Assembly (NCBI GenBank): GCA_900542065.1
Contig: UQLU01000001.1
Coordinates: 105,967-169,966 of the forward strand
Reading direction: 5' to 3'
Origin: an uncultured Eggerthella sp.
Lineage (GTDB): Bacteria > Actinomycetota > Coriobacteriia > Coriobacteriales > Eggerthellaceae
DNA length: 64,000 nucleotides
The notes beneath the pieces were generated by a model that worked only from the letters and a program-made list of their open reading frames with translations, had not been told where the DNA came from and did not search any database. Positions within the stretch are counted from its first letter, which is position 1. The number at the start of each line of letters is the position of its first letter. A program made the position numbers and the translations under genes. Shown piece after piece: positions 9,877 through 19,359 of the stretch.

Positions 9877-10401
9877 AGAAAAACCCAGTGTTGCCATAAT
9901 AATTCCTAGTAGTGCCCCCGCAACAACATCTTTAGTGAAATGGACACCTGAGACTACGCGTAGTACCGCAAGAAAGATTCCCAAAACAAAAATAACGATG
10001 GCAATTTGTGGAAGAGGGCATTTATACCAAAACGTCATTGCAATGACGAATATAGAAAAGACGTGTCTGCTGGGAAACGATTTACCTTTTGTATCTTTAG
10101 TAATAAGCGGCGCTGTTTCGAAGACTTCGTAGGGGCGGGGAGCGTTGATAGTTTTGCGCACCAGTGAAAGTAGGACAAAACAAACGAGGGGAACAAGGAA
10201 AGCAGCAAAAAAATCCGAAGAAAAGAAATGATTCAAAATGGATGTTGCATTTGGGTTCAAGAAGAAGAGATATACAAGAAGACATGGATAGGCTACATAT
10301 ATCGCTTTGGTGATAACGCTATTGCAGAATGGGATTCCTTTTGCCAAAAGTGGCTGGGAGGAAACCGTGTTGATCATATGTACGTACGTTTCTTTTTTCA
10401 T
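9871..10401 (-). CDS. PAP2 (type 2 phosphatidic acid phosphatase) family membrane phosphatase
   Basis: 176 aa multi-TM protein with a PSRHVFS motif matching the PAP2 KxxxxxxRP / PSGH / SRxxxxxHxxxD signature. It overlaps the convergent AEC gene by 6 bp. Confidence 0.6.
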   Translation of the reverse strand: MKKETYVHMINTVSSQPLLAKGIPFCNSVITKAIYVAYPCLLVYLFFLNPNATSILNHFFSSDFFAAFLVPLVCFVLLSLVRKTINAPRPYEVFETAPLITKDTKGKSFPSRHVFSIFVIAMTFWYKCPLPQIAIVIFVLGIFLAVLRVVSGVHFTKDVVAGALLGIIMATLGFSL

Positions 10402-10504
10402 CGTTGAGCTAAAGGTGGGTTGATATCCTTTGTTGTGCTTTTTCGCTAAATGTTACGTATTCTTTGGTGCTGTCAATAACGCGCTTGATTAGCATAACGA
10501 AAGT

Positions 10505-11407
10505 TTACTTTATATGCGACTCTGCTGATTTAATTTCACTTTGTTGTAGGCGTTTGGTTGCGAATTCAAAAAAGTGTCGAGCGGCTGGTGCGCAGGTGGA
10601 TTTATCGGGAATGGCTATACCTACAAGAATTGATTCAGAAGGTTCAATGGGGATTTTACTAACTTTAAAGTCGTATTTCTCCGTTGAAAGACTATTGGTA
10701 ATAGTTATGCCCATGCCTGCTTCTATCATGCCTAACGTTGCGGCGGTTTCAATTGTTTCGTAGGCGATTCTTGGATGCAAATCGTGACGAGATAAAACGC
10801 CGAGTGTATCAATATCTTGACCCTTGCCAGGCATAATAAAATCTTCGTTGCTACATTGCTTTAAGGGGTAGCATTCGTTTTGTGCTAGTGGGTGGTTCGC
10901 TGGCAATACAGCAATCATGGGGTCGTAGGCTAAGGGAATCCAATCGTAAGTTGTACTTGGGTCATAACTCATAAAGCCAAAATCGGCTTCTTTATTGTCG
11001 AGCCATTCAGATATTTCTTGGTGAATACCTTCCATCACTCGAATTTCAATTCCTGGATAAAGTTCTCGAAATTCTTTAAGTACCTTGGGGAGCCAATGAG
11101 ATGCAACACTGGGATAGGATCCAATGGTGACACTACCGATGGATAACCCCTTAAGTTCTGAGCTCATTTGAAACAGTCGGTCTTCTTCTTGGATGATGGC
11201 TCGAGCAATAGGCAGAATGCGCTTTCCGTTATTGGTTAGTTCTACTCCAGTACGTGTACGTTCAAGTACAGCAAACCCGACATCTTTTTCTAAGGCGGAT
11301 ATTAACTGACTTACTCCTGAAGGAGTATAGGCAAGATCTTTCGCTGCTTTGGAAAAGCTTCCTAGTTCAACTGCTTTTAAAAGGGCGCGGTAGCGTGATG
11401 TTTCCAT
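10505..11407 (-). CDS. LysR family transcriptional regulator
   Basis: 300 aa with an N-terminal HTH (YRALLKAVELGSFSKAAKDLAYTPSGVSQLISALEKDVG) and a LysR substrate-binding domain. It is divergent from the DMT transporter gene. Confidence 0.85.
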   Translation of the reverse strand: METSRYRALLKAVELGSFSKAAKDLAYTPSGVSQLISALEKDVGFAVLERTRTGVELTNNGKRILPIARAIIQEEDRLFQMSSELKGLSIGSVTIGSYPSVASHWLPKVLKEFRELYPGIEIRVMEGIHQEISEWLDNKEADFGFMSYDPSTTYDWIPLAYDPMIAVLPANHPLAQNECYPLKQCSNEDFIMPGKGQDIDTLGVLSRHDLHPRIAYETIETAATLGMIEAGMGITITNSLSTEKYDFKVSKIPIEPSESILVGIAIPDKSTCAPAARHFFEFATKRLQQSEIKSAESHIK

Positions 11408-11817
11408 TGAGGTAGTCCTAAAAGGTAGAAATTATTTGTGTTTGTAATACCGTTTTGCCGGTGGGGCGTAATTGCTTTTTGAGCTTTCTGATGCGCTTTA
11501 AGTAAAACTTAATACATACTTAATATATTATGGTTTTACTAATCATTCAATTCCCTTTATAACGTAAATAGCACATTTCAAGATTCTTTTATGGGGCAAC
11601 GCAAAGTGCTTAATGAACTCTGTAGACGGTATGTACTGTTAAGAAGCACTTTGTGCATAAAAGGCTATCGGATTTATGTGGCGTATCAGGGTGATGCAGG
11701 GCAGAGAGCGGATTCCTGATAAGAAATTCCTCGCCGTTATTACGGTGAGGAATTCTTTTTACTGAGTTGGTTTTGTAAGTAATTCAGAGTGTAAAATCCA
11801 AGCAGAAAGAGAAGCTG

Positions 11818-12777
11818 TTGAAACTGTCGATAACAATTGATTGGCGTATTTTTGCTCCAGCTTTAGTAATTGTTGCTGGAATCTGCTGGGGCTTAATTGG
11901 ATTGTTCTCAAATTATCTTTCTGCGGCAGGATTACGCCCTGAACAGATTACCGTTATTCGCTGTGTTCTTGCATGTTTTGCTATAGGAGGTTATCTCCTG
12001 ATTTTCAAACGAGGTGCATTCAAGGTTCGAGTTAAGCATCTTTGGATTTTCTTGGGAACTGGTGTTCTCAGTATCGCATTTTATAATGTTTGTTACTTCG
12101 CTTGCATTAACATGTGCGGTTTATCGTTTGCAGCAATTCTTTTATATACTGCGCCTTGTTTTGTAGTGTTATTGTCAGCGGTGTTTTTCAAAGAACGTCT
12201 CACTCGTCAACGTGGATTCGCGCTCATCATTGCTTTTGTGGGGTGTCTGTTAGTTGTGGGAGTTGGTTCAGGTCAGGCGTCTCTTTCAGGATTGGGTATT
12301 CTTGTTGGCCTAGCATCGGGTGTTGGCTATGCCTTGTATTCAATTTTTGCTCGAGTTGCTCTTAAACACTATGAAGCGCCTACGGTAATGTTCTATACGT
12401 TTTTGTTTGCTTCTTTGGCACTGTTGCCATTTTCTGAACCGATTAACATTGTATCCCTTGCGCTTGATTCGGCTTCTGTATTTGAAGTAATGATTGCCCT
12501 TGCGCTGATATCTACGGTCACACCGTTTGCATGCTATACCACAGGATTGGCGCATATGGAAACAGGTAAGGCTTCCATTATGGCCTTTGTTGAACCCATG
12601 GTTTCATTATTGCTAGGGGTTATGGTTTTTGGGGAAGTACTAACGCTTCAAAACATGATTGGGGTAATAGGTATTCTTGGCGCAGTAGTTTTGCTTAATC
12701 TTCCTGAAAACGCACTGCATAAATTCGTTTCAAAAAAATCTGGCAAGGTGCGTAAATTTGCTGGTGTAAAGCATTGA
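11818..12777 (+). CDS. DMT superfamily (EamA-like) transporter
   Basis: 319 aa with 10 predicted TM segments and duplicated EamA halves. TTG start. Confidence 0.75.
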   Translation: MKLSITIDWRIFAPALVIVAGICWGLIGLFSNYLSAAGLRPEQITVIRCVLACFAIGGYLLIFKRGAFKVRVKHLWIFLGTGVLSIAFYNVCYFACINMCGLSFAAILLYTAPCFVVLLSAVFFKERLTRQRGFALIIAFVGCLLVVGVGSGQASLSGLGILVGLASGVGYALYSIFARVALKHYEAPTVMFYTFLFASLALLPFSEPINIVSLALDSASVFEVMIALALISTVTPFACYTTGLAHMETGKASIMAFVEPMVSLLLGVMVFGEVLTLQNMIGVIGILGAVVLLNLPENALHKFVSKKSGKVRKFAGVKH

Positions 12778-12866
12778 TCAACCCGATATCAGTCTTGGCT
12801 TGCTATACTGCTTTCTAGTTTGTTAACGCTTAGATATGCGAATACTGGTTAAGGAGAGACTGGTAA

Positions 12867-14552
12867 ATGGATTGCCGTTCTTTATATGATCTTTGGTGTG
12901 AAAAAGTTTCCGATTCAGAATTGCGCTTAGATTTGGGTTCTATGGCGCATGATGATGCGGCAATTGAAGACGCATTTTATCGTTCATTGGAATTTGGTAC
13001 CGCAGGCTTACGCGGTGTTTTAGGTGCGGGAACTAACCGTATGAATATTTATACAGTCGGTCAAGCAACTCAGGGTATTGCTAATTACATTATTGGTAAG
13101 GCTGCTGACGAAGAGCTTGGTACGGTAGCCATTTGTTATGATTCTCGAATCAATTCTGAATTGTTTGCTCATACAGCAGCAAGCGTTTTAGCGGCAAATG
13201 GTATTACTTCTTTTGTCTATCCTCGTTTAGAGCCAACTCCTGCTTTATCTTTCGCAACGCGTTATTTGGGTTGTGCTATGGGCATTAATGTGACCGCAAG
13301 TCATAACCCGAGCCAATATAACGGTTATAAAGCTTATGGTCCTGATGGGTGTCAGATTGCATCTGATATGGCAGATGCAATTACACAGTGCATTGCGGAC
13401 GTGGATATTTTTGCCGATGTTAAAACCATGCCTTTCGAACAAGCTCAAGAGCAGGGTCTTATCAAAATGATTGGTGAAGATGTTCTTGATGCATATTTGG
13501 ATTCGGTTTATGAGCAGCATATTCCTCAAAGCAATGATGATCCATTGCGTGTTGTATACACGCCCCTTAATGGTACGGGTCTAGAATGCGTTACTCGTAT
13601 TCTAGAACGAATTGGCGTTAATGATATTCATGTTGTTGAAGAACAAGCTCAGCCAGATGGTAATTTTCCTACCTGTCCTTATCCAAACCCAGAGAATCGT
13701 GATGCACTTGAGCGTGGCATAGCGTTGTGCGAAGAAGTTCATCCTGATTTATTGCTTGCTACTGATCCTGATGCTGATCGTGTCGGTATTGCGGTTAAGC
13801 ATGGTGAAGAATATAAGCTGTTAAGCGGTAATGAAGTAGGTGTTTTGCTTCTCGACTTTATTTGTCGCAGTCGTATTGCTGCAGGCACTATGCCTAAAAA
13901 TCCAGTGGCTGTTACCACCATTGTTTCTTCGAGTATGGTAGATCCAATTGCCCAACATTATGGAGTAGAAGTTCGTCGTGTTCTTACGGGCTTTAAATAT
14001 ATCGGTGGTGTTATCGCTGAATTAGAGAACGATAATCGCAGTGATGATTTCATCTTTGGATTCGAAGAAAGCTATGGTTATTTAGCAGGTACACATGCGC
14101 GCGATAAAGATGCGATTGTTGCCTCTATGCTTATTTGCCAAATGGCTCGATATTATCGTGGTCTAGGCAAAAACCTTTTCGAAGCTATGCAAGATTTGTA
14201 TGACGAATATGGTTTCTATCACAACCGTACGCTTTCATTTACTTTTGAAGGTGCTGACGGTGCTCGTCAAATGACTGAGCTTATGCAAGATTTGCGTATG
14301 CATCCTATGCCTTCCATTGCTAATTTGTATGTTCATCAATATATCGACTATGAACTTGGAGTTAACGGGTTGCCGTCTGCTGATGTTATTCAATTCGACA
14401 TGGATGATGGTAATAAGGTTATTGTGCGTCCAAGTGGAACCGAGCCTAAAGTAAAGGTGTATGTCTTTACGGTCGCAGATACGGAAAATCAAGCTCAATC
14501 TATCGATGCTCATATTGCTGCAGAAATGACGACATATATTAAGAAATTCTAA
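12867..14552 (+). CDS. Phosphoglucomutase / phosphomannomutase (alpha-D-phosphohexomutase family)
   Basis: 561 aa with the active-site serine loop TASHNPSQYNGYK, a metal-binding DPDADR loop, and the GEESYG sugar-binding loop. Confidence 0.85.
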   Translation: MDCRSLYDLWCEKVSDSELRLDLGSMAHDDAAIEDAFYRSLEFGTAGLRGVLGAGTNRMNIYTVGQATQGIANYIIGKAADEELGTVAICYDSRINSELFAHTAASVLAANGITSFVYPRLEPTPALSFATRYLGCAMGINVTASHNPSQYNGYKAYGPDGCQIASDMADAITQCIADVDIFADVKTMPFEQAQEQGLIKMIGEDVLDAYLDSVYEQHIPQSNDDPLRVVYTPLNGTGLECVTRILERIGVNDIHVVEEQAQPDGNFPTCPYPNPENRDALERGIALCEEVHPDLLLATDPDADRVGIAVKHGEEYKLLSGNEVGVLLLDFICRSRIAAGTMPKNPVAVTTIVSSSMVDPIAQHYGVEVRRVLTGFKYIGGVIAELENDNRSDDFIFGFEESYGYLAGTHARDKDAIVASMLICQMARYYRGLGKNLFEAMQDLYDEYGFYHNRTLSFTFEGADGARQMTELMQDLRMHPMPSIANLYVHQYIDYELGVNGLPSADVIQFDMDDGNKVIVRPSGTEPKVKVYVFTVADTENQAQSIDAHIAAEMTTYIKKF

Positions 14553-14555
14553 TGA

Positions 14556-14990
14556 GTGATAGTTATGGCTGATTCTTCCAATAACCAATCTTATTCATTG
14601 ATTAGCGTTGAAAAAGCTAAAAAACGCTCTTTTGAGGATCCGATGCCAGCTTCTGTAGGTATCGATACTTCTGCTGTGGCGTCTTCTTCGGAGAAAGAGA
14701 ACAGCGTATCTAGGGCTAGTCAATCTTCAGCTGAGTTGACTTCTCCAGATGCGCAAGAAGTTTCGGAGCCTTTAGATGTGCAAGAGGCTTCGAAACCGCG
14801 TGCTGCGCAGAAACCTTCAAACTCTCCCGAGGCAAAAAAATTCGCTTCTTCGGAAGAGAGCGCGCTCGACAATTTAACGGAAGAAGATTTGCAAGGAAGT
14901 GCTCCTTTAGAGAATATGCATAAGATTATTCTTGTCGTATTAATTCTTGCCTTGATTGTTTTCGGCGTTTATTTCTTTGTGTTTATGTAA
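14556..14990 (+). CDS. Hypothetical tail-anchored membrane protein with a Ser/Glu-rich disordered N-terminal region
   Basis: 144 aa ending in a single C-terminal TM segment (IILVVLILALIVFGVYFFVF). No recognisable family. GTG or ATG (14565) start. Confidence 0.4.
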   Translation: MIVMADSSNNQSYSLISVEKAKKRSFEDPMPASVGIDTSAVASSSEKENSVSRASQSSAELTSPDAQEVSEPLDVQEASKPRAAQKPSNSPEAKKFASSEESALDNLTEEDLQGSAPLENMHKIILVVLILALIVFGVYFFVFM

Positions 14991-15006
14991 TATCAGGTAG
15001 GCTGCC

Positions 15007-15768
15007 ATGCAGAATTTAGAGATTGATCCCAAATCTAAAAAAGGAATTAAAGGATTAGTTATCTTTGCGGTAATTATGGCTTTGTTTGCCTTGGCTTTAG
15101 TTGTTGGTTTGGTGCTAAATTCTCAGTCCAGTCTATATAGTTTTGCTGCTCAGGAAGATCCACAAGATCAAAATACTGAATCTAATGAACCTTTAATCTC
15201 TTCACCGACCACTCAGGTCATTGACTTAGTTTCTCTTATGGGTCTGTCGCAGGATAAGGCTCTCGAACAAATTGGCCACGGAGCCTCTGTTCAAGACCAA
15301 GAAACGTTGAGCTCTCTTGGGTTTAGCAATGAGGTTGTAGTTGTTTTAGAAGATGAAAAGGGCGATCGCTACTCTGGTACACCTACGGTAACGCTAGGCT
15401 TTGATTCTGATGGTAAAGTTGCTGCTGCCTCCTATGAGGCGCCAACTTCTTTGTTGGGCTATGGCGATGTCGCTTTCGCGCCAGCTGTTAAACAGTTTCA
15501 TATTGTTGAATTCATTTTAGGTAAAGTTGGGTTAACGGAAATTGAAATAGGTGGCGTTAAATTGCCCGATTCGTCCGAATATTCCAGCTATGAATCTGAT
15601 AGAAAAACCTTATCGAGAGAGCATTATTCCTTTACGGGTAAAACCAAGCAAGATGATCAAGATTATTCTTGGGAGGTAACGCTTGATTATGATTATTCGG
15701 TTGCTAATGAGGAATCAAACTTAGCATATACGATTAAACGCATTAGCGTAGCTATCATGAAAGCGTAG
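15007..15768 (+). CDS. Hypothetical N-terminally anchored extracytoplasmic protein
   Basis: 253 aa with an N-terminal signal-anchor TM (LVIFAVIMALFALALVVGLVL) followed by a ~210-aa soluble domain. No recognisable family. Confidence 0.45.
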   Translation: MQNLEIDPKSKKGIKGLVIFAVIMALFALALVVGLVLNSQSSLYSFAAQEDPQDQNTESNEPLISSPTTQVIDLVSLMGLSQDKALEQIGHGASVQDQETLSSLGFSNEVVVVLEDEKGDRYSGTPTVTLGFDSDGKVAAASYEAPTSLLGYGDVAFAPAVKQFHIVEFILGKVGLTEIEIGGVKLPDSSEYSSYESDRKTLSREHYSFTGKTKQDDQDYSWEVTLDYDYSVANEESNLAYTIKRISVAIMKA

Positions 15769-15897
15769 ATTTACTTCTGCCTGAAAAATACTGATAGTGC
15801 ATTAGCTGTCAGCTAATGAAACGAAAATCCTTTTCTTCTACTTTTATTAACGTAGTGCGCAGGCACTGCGTCTGTTTAAACGTTTGAAGAAAGGATT

Positions 15898-16458
15898 TTG
15901 ATGATGAATCCCCAACAACCCAATCAGCAACCTAATAATAATTTCGTTCAAACGCCTCCTAAGAAAAAGTCGATTTTTAAACGATGGTGGTTTTGGCTGA
16001 TTGTAGTTGTATTGGTAATTGGTATAGCAGGAGGAGCTTCGGGTGGAGGCTCGAATTCGACTTCTACTACTGCAACAGATTCAGCAAATACTACAGAAGT
16101 TACCGAAACAACCGATTCGACGCCAAAAGAAGAAGCTAAAGAGGCGGAACCTGATGTTCCAACCGAATATAAGAATGCTCTTATTAAAGCTCAGCAGTAT
16201 AGCGATACTATGTACATGTCTAAGGCTGGTTTGTATGATCAGCTCACTTCTGAGTATGGAGAACAATTCTCTGAGGAAGCCGCTGAATACGCTATAGACA
16301 ATGTGCAGGCTGACTGGAAAGCAAACGCTTTAGAAAAAGCAAAGCAATATGAAGAGCAAATGAGCATGTCGCCTTCTGCGATTCATGATCAATTAACTTC
16401 TGATTATGGTGAGCAATTTACTGAAGAAGAAGCTGATTATGCGATTGAAAATCTTTAG
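15898..16458 (+). CDS. Membrane-anchored protein with two Ltp-type repeats (host cell surface-exposed lipoprotein family)
   Basis: N-terminal TM (WWFWLIVVVLVIGIAGG), then a Ser/Thr-rich linker and two ~45-aa repeats: AQQYSDTMYMSKAGLYDQLTSEYGEQFSEEAAEYAIDNV and AKQYEEQMSMSPSAIHDQLTSDYGEQFTEEEADYAIENL. Confidence 0.55.
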   Translation: MMMNPQQPNQQPNNNFVQTPPKKKSIFKRWWFWLIVVVLVIGIAGGASGGGSNSTSTTATDSANTTEVTETTDSTPKEEAKEAEPDVPTEYKNALIKAQQYSDTMYMSKAGLYDQLTSEYGEQFSEEAAEYAIDNVQADWKANALEKAKQYEEQMSMSPSAIHDQLTSDYGEQFTEEEADYAIENL

Positions 16459-16586
16459 GCTAAGCAATGCTTGGAGGGAGAAACTCTAATCGGAGCAAGC
16501 ATAAGCTTGACTTATCTTTGTCGGGTTCTCGCATACAATATATTTTGAGAAAACGTAAACATGGAATTTACCGTAGGAAGAAACGT

Positions 16587-17006
16587 ATGGAAGAACCCCT
16601 AACAGAAGAATTACTTGATGAATTGCTCGCTTCACCTAGTCCTACTTCATTCATTGCGAAAAATGAGGTAGGGAAACGCAGTCTTGCTGAATATCTTCAA
16701 GAACTTCTAGAAAAGAAAGGGCTTAAACGTTCAGAAGTGGTTAAAGCAGCGGGCCTTAATGAAACGTTTGGATACCAGATTTTTACTGGACAGCGTAAAG
16801 CCAAGCGTGACAAAATTTTGCAACTCGCCCTTGCAATGCATTTAAGCCTTAAAGAAACCGATAGGCTTCTTCAGGCTGGAGGAGTAAACGAGCTCTATTG
16901 CAAGAACAGACGTGATGCTATTATCATTTTCTCTATTGATAAGGGTTATTCGCTTCAGAAGACCGATGAGGAACTTTATCGTTTTGGCGAGGATACTATT
17001 TGCTAG
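16587..17006 (+). CDS. XRE-like helix-turn-helix protein (RodZ-N-terminal-like HTH)
   Basis: ATG at 16587 is the only plausible start inside the longer ORF-track frame. HTH region SLAEYLQELLEKKGLKRSEVVKAAGLNETFGYQIFTG. The TAG stop is immediately followed by the kinase ATG. Confidence 0.55.
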   Translation: MEEPLTEELLDELLASPSPTSFIAKNEVGKRSLAEYLQELLEKKGLKRSEVVKAAGLNETFGYQIFTGQRKAKRDKILQLALAMHLSLKETDRLLQAGGVNELYCKNRRDAIIIFSIDKGYSLQKTDEELYRFGEDTIC

Positions 17007-18494
17007 ATGCCGTTAGTGCGTGAATTACATACTGATCAAGATTGCTATGATCAAAAAGAAACCAATTCTTACGATCGGGAATCTATTAAACCTAACCCTG
17101 CGTCTTCAAAGGCGCAGGGTTTTTCTGCTTTGCATACTGATGATGAATTGACGCAGCTTGTTAGACGCGTTGATCATGACAACGAGTATGCAATTGATAG
17201 GGTATTAAAGAAATCTGATTTTGAAGAAACCCAGCTCGTATATAAGCGTGAATCTGATGGTAAAAAAACTGGTCCTTTTATTCGTAAATATCTAAACGTC
17301 GAGGCGGGCGTTGGCTCTGCCTATGAAAAGATATTCAATCTTCAACGTAGTGGCGTTCCTTTTGTTTACTTTCCAATGATTTATGAGTGCTATTTTCTGC
17401 ACAATACTCTCATTGTGGTAATGGAATACATCCAAGGTGAGACCTTGCAAGAAGTGGTGTATCGCTGCGATCCTTCGGTTGAACTTGCAATTGAAGTATT
17501 TCCGAAATTATGTAGTGCGGTACAAGAGCTACATGAGAAATTTAACCCACCGCTTATTCATCGTGATTTAAAACCTGCAAATATCATTATGTCGTTCAAT
17601 AGATTGACGTTGATTGATTTTGGTATTGCTCGAGAATATCGTGATGGACTTGATAAAGACACAGTTCGTTTTGGTACGCGTGAGTATGCTCCTCCTGAAC
17701 AATTTGGTTACGGCCAGACCGATATTCGCAGTGATGTGTATGCTCTTGGGATGCTTTTGTACTACTGTTTAACCGAAGAAACTGCCGATGTTTTTGTTCG
17801 CAAGAATAAATTTGCTAATTCTGCAATCCCTGAAGAATTGCGTTGCATTATTGAAAAGGCTTGCGCTTTTGATCCTCAGGATAGGTATGCAAGTGTATCG
17901 GAGCTAGAGGTTGAATTTACTCAAGCTTGCCATCTTCTTTATCTAAATCACTCAGCAGTACCATCAGGTGCTCCTGTTTATCTTCCGAATAAGCAGTTCC
18001 CTCCACCTAGTGGTGATCCGATTTATCCTATGGGAAAGAGTAATACTGGACCTATCACTTCAAGTGGAGTTGTGCATCGAGGGATCAGTGCGTTCGGTAA
18101 AACGTTTCAAGATGTGCTTACCAAGGTACAAGACGCTTTCGCTTCTATTCCTTTGTGGGTAGGTGTGATTTGGAATATTTTCTTAGTTTTGTTTCTTGCG
18201 CTTGGTATAGCTGGATGCATATCTGCAATGCTAGATCCTGCTGGTTCGGGCTTAGAGGCATATCCTTTTTGGTATAGAGCTTATGGTTGTATGGGCTTTG
18301 TCGGCATAAGTTGGATGTCGATTACCTATGTCTTATCCGACAAGCGATTGCTTTTTAGGAAGTTACCTAGGACAAAAAGGTTTTCTTTTATGATGCGAGT
18401 TCTCATTTTTGCTATCGGAATCCCTTGTGCTTTAGCGCTCGTATTTGTATTTTTAACTTTGCTGATAATGCCGCCAGTAGTTACCTGGTCGTAG
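17007..18494 (+). CDS. Membrane-anchored Ser/Thr protein kinase (divergent Hanks-type)
   Basis: HRDLKPANI catalytic loop, IDFGIA (DFG) and TREYAPPE (APE) motifs. There is no canonical Gly-rich loop. The C-terminal ~120 aa carry three predicted TM segments. Confidence 0.8.
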   Translation: MPLVRELHTDQDCYDQKETNSYDRESIKPNPASSKAQGFSALHTDDELTQLVRRVDHDNEYAIDRVLKKSDFEETQLVYKRESDGKKTGPFIRKYLNVEAGVGSAYEKIFNLQRSGVPFVYFPMIYECYFLHNTLIVVMEYIQGETLQEVVYRCDPSVELAIEVFPKLCSAVQELHEKFNPPLIHRDLKPANIIMSFNRLTLIDFGIAREYRDGLDKDTVRFGTREYAPPEQFGYGQTDIRSDVYALGMLLYYCLTEETADVFVRKNKFANSAIPEELRCIIEKACAFDPQDRYASVSELEVEFTQACHLLYLNHSAVPSGAPVYLPNKQFPPPSGDPIYPMGKSNTGPITSSGVVHRGISAFGKTFQDVLTKVQDAFASIPLWVGVIWNIFLVLFLALGIAGCISAMLDPAGSGLEAYPFWYRAYGCMGFVGISWMSITYVLSDKRLLFRKLPRTKRFSFMMRVLIFAIGIPCALALVFVFLTLLIMPPVVTWS

Positions 18495-18710
18495 GGTTGT
18501 CTGAGAGAGTTTGGCTTAATGTATGCCTGGCTAGATGAAAACTCTATTTTCAATAAAAAATTTTGTGAACATCCTTTACAGCGTTAAAGAGAATGGTATT
18601 ATATACAAGCTGTTTTCAAGAGAAGCGTATAGCTTCCACCTGGTTCGGCGCATGATTGCTGCTGATGGGTTATATGAATAAGTTCTCGATAATTCGAGTA
18701 TTCGTGTGGC

Positions 18711-18740
18711 CTGCAATCGTGTGATGTGCAGGTTTTTTTA
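18711..18740 (+). terminator. Attenuator-like hairpin plus T7 tract in the infC leader
   Basis: CCTGCA-N11-TGCAGG followed by TTTTTTT, about 55 nt upstream of the infC start region. Confidence 0.35.
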
Positions 18741-18795
18741 TGCAGCAGGTTATTTGAGTTTGTGCATGGTAGCACCGGATCGATGAAAGAAGGAG

Positions 18796-19359
18796 GTGGG
18801 CACCATAGCAGCTCAGGAACCAAGGCTCAATGAAGCCATTAAGGTTAAGGAATGCCGTTTGATTGCCTACGACGGATCCCAATTGGGAATTTTTCCTATT
18901 GAGCAGGCTCAGCGCATCGCCGATAACGAGGGTTACGATCTGGTAGAGATCGCACCTCAGGCAAAGCCACCTGTTTGCCGCATTATGGACTATGGAAAGT
19001 TTAAGTATGACCAGGCCATTAAGGCAAAGCAGGCTCGCAAGAATCAGAGCAAGATTGAAACTAAGGAAATGAAGTTTCGCCCCAAAATTGATATTGGGGA
19101 TTACACCACCAAGAAGAAGCACGTTATGCGATTCTTGGCAGCTGGTTCTAAGGTGAAGATTACGATTATGTTCCGTGGTCGTGAAATGTCTCACCCAGAA
19201 CAAGGTTTAAGCATCCTTGAGCGTCTTGCTGATGACTTGAAGGACGTTGCGGTTATTGAAAACCAACCAAAGATGGAAGGCCGCAACATGCATATGCTTA
19301 TTGCTCCGTTGCCAACGACGGTTAAGAAAAAGAAGGAAGAACAGGGAAAGGACAACTAA
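18796..19359 (+). CDS. infC: Translation initiation factor IF-3; the true start is probably the non-canonical ATA at 18805
   Basis: The IF-3 core is conserved ([12 protein letters not shown]...[12 protein letters not shown]). The SD AAGGAGG at 18789-18795 directly abuts the ORF-track GTG but lies 9 nt before the ATA. Confidence 0.85.
   Translation: MGTIAAQEPRLNEAIKVKECRLIAYDGSQLGIFPIEQAQRIADNEGYDLVEIAPQAKPPVCRIMDYGKFKYDQAIKAKQARKNQSKIETKEMKFRPKIDIGDYTTKKKHVMRFLAAGSKVKITIMFRGREMSHPEQGLSILERLADDLKDVAVIENQPKMEGRNMHMLIAPLPTTVKKKKEEQGKDN

Noticed and set aside
12114-12555. ORFs 12114-12365 (+) and 12340-12555 (-) inside the DMT transporter gene
   Set aside because: They are alternative-frame or antisense ORFs within a membrane-protein gene. 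Their Arg-rich or Cys-rich translations are characteristic of frame-shifted hydrophobic codons.
16561-16602. 13-codon uORF (MEFTVGRNVWKNP) overlapping the HTH gene start
   Set aside because: It is too short and has no RBS or conservation evidence, so it is probably fortuitous. I mention it only because it overlaps the start of a regulator gene.
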